Shown here: piece after piece, positions 63,553 through 64,000 of the stretch
Layout of the letters: each line of letters opens with the position of its first letter
Numbering within the stretch: position 1 is the first letter of the stretch
Assembly (NCBI GenBank): GCA_964394405.1
Contig: CAYMVY010000002.1
Coordinates: forward strand, 192,092-256,091
DNA from: an uncultured Gammaproteobacteria bacterium
Lineage (GTDB): Bacteria; Patescibacteriota; Patescibacteriia; Magasanikbacterales; UBA922
Reading direction: 5' to 3'
Length of the DNA stretch: 64,000 nt
Notes under the pieces: generated by a model
Told to the model about the DNA's origin: nothing
Databases searched by the model: none
Seen by the model: the letters and a program-made list of their open reading frames with translations, nothing else
Translations under genes and position numbers: made by a program

Positions 63553-63921
63553 TTATTTCTTCTTTTTTAGTTTATTATTTTCTTTCACACGAAATAACAC
63601 AATTTTTTTTATTAAACTAAACGGCATTGGTTCATCAAGCTGAAATTGTGCTGACCCTTTGCCACTTTTATATTTTGATAATTCTTTTTTGAATTTTGCC
63701 GTGCCCGAAGGTGTTGGATAAAACCCAATATGTTTTTTATACGCACCAAAATATACGAGAGGCTTCCCATTGAGTTTGTACGCAGGCATCCCGTAACTGA
63801 TTGATTCCACCGCACTCGATGCACCTGATCGAACAATCTCTCGAATTTTTTTCAAAATCAACTGCACATTCTTCGGATGCAATTTCACATATTCACCAAA
63901 TGTTTTGACCTGTGTATTCAT
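63553..63921 (-). CDS. DUF1801 (YdhG-like) domain protein
   Basis: GMPAYKLNGKPLVYFGAYKKHIGFYP core; third DUF1801 paralog in the window. Confidence 0.6.
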   Translation of the reverse strand: MNTQVKTFGEYVKLHPKNVQLILKKIREIVRSGASSAVESISYGMPAYKLNGKPLVYFGAYKKHIGFYPTPSGTAKFKKELSKYKSGKGSAQFQLDEPMPFSLIKKIVLFRVKENNKLKKKK

Positions 63922-64000
63922 AGAGATTAGAAACTTCCTGTTTTTACTTCACCCGCGCGTTTGTAATTGGCAAATACTACTCCACTTGGAGAAACTTTTG

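Overview
This is an AT-rich (roughly 38-40% GC overall, judged by eye), compactly organised bacterial chromosome segment. Most genes are on the minus strand. The gene content is short-form AlaRS, RpoA without an alpha-CTD, Wzx/GT genes and many small membrane proteins. From that I infer a reduced-genome lineage such as the Candidate Phyla Radiation/Patescibacteria, or a similar small-genome Gram-positive-like bacterium.

Recognisable core content:
- Cell division and envelope: ftsE-ftsX, a DivIC/FtsB-like protein, ftsW-murG, a GT4 glycosyltransferase, a Wzx-like flippase, GtrA.
- Translation and transcription: a ribosomal-protein/transcription cluster rpsI-rplM-rplQ-rpoA-rpsD-rpsK-rpsM-rpmJ-infA (rpmJ is absent from the ORF track), rpmA, alaS, mnmA, arfB.
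- tRNAs: three on the minus strand (Gln-UUG, Thr-CGU, Gly-CCC).
- Metabolism: gpsA, pyrD, guaC, msrA, a Nudix hydrolase.
- Metal homeostasis: an MntR/DtxR-regulated metal ABC importer operon, and a copper island (csoR-copA-HMA membrane protein-LRR lipoprotein-cupredoxin-like).
- Defence/R-M island: a DpnII-like type II R-M system interleaved with a GmrSD-like DUF262/DUF1524 protein and Mrr.
- Accessory block to the 3' end: DUF1801, MazG-like, cupin, VOC, SRPBCC, PadR and PspC-domain genes.

Unusual structure seen directly in the sequence:
1. Several GC-rich (roughly 55-60%) mini-cassettes embedded in the AT-rich backbone. Each has a consensus TTGACA-17-TAnnnT promoter, a small GC-rich ORF and a strong intrinsic terminator. 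Three ~700-bp modules are bounded by near-identical ~30-bp direct repeats. One contains two tandem 7-codon mini-ORFs (M-R-K-Y-A-V-F), each with a Shine-Dalgarno (SD) sequence and a hairpin.
2. An AT-rich, imperfectly palindromic ~130-bp intergenic element family built on the motif 'caaaactcaaa' (7 copies). Each copy abuts the start codon of a minus-strand gene.
3. A tRNA-Gly embedded in a ~45-bp long-range leader/trailer inverted repeat.
4. A perfect-consensus promoter plus terminator pair defining a ~65-nt candidate sRNA.
5. Candidate operators for MntR and CsoR.
6. Periodic 10-bp 'CCGTGT' repeat arrays at two loci.
7. Tandem Cys-rich secreted paralogs.

All functional calls are motif- and memory-based, with no database search. 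Start codons were adjusted where the ORF-track start sat inside a repeat or upstream of a better SD-ATG.
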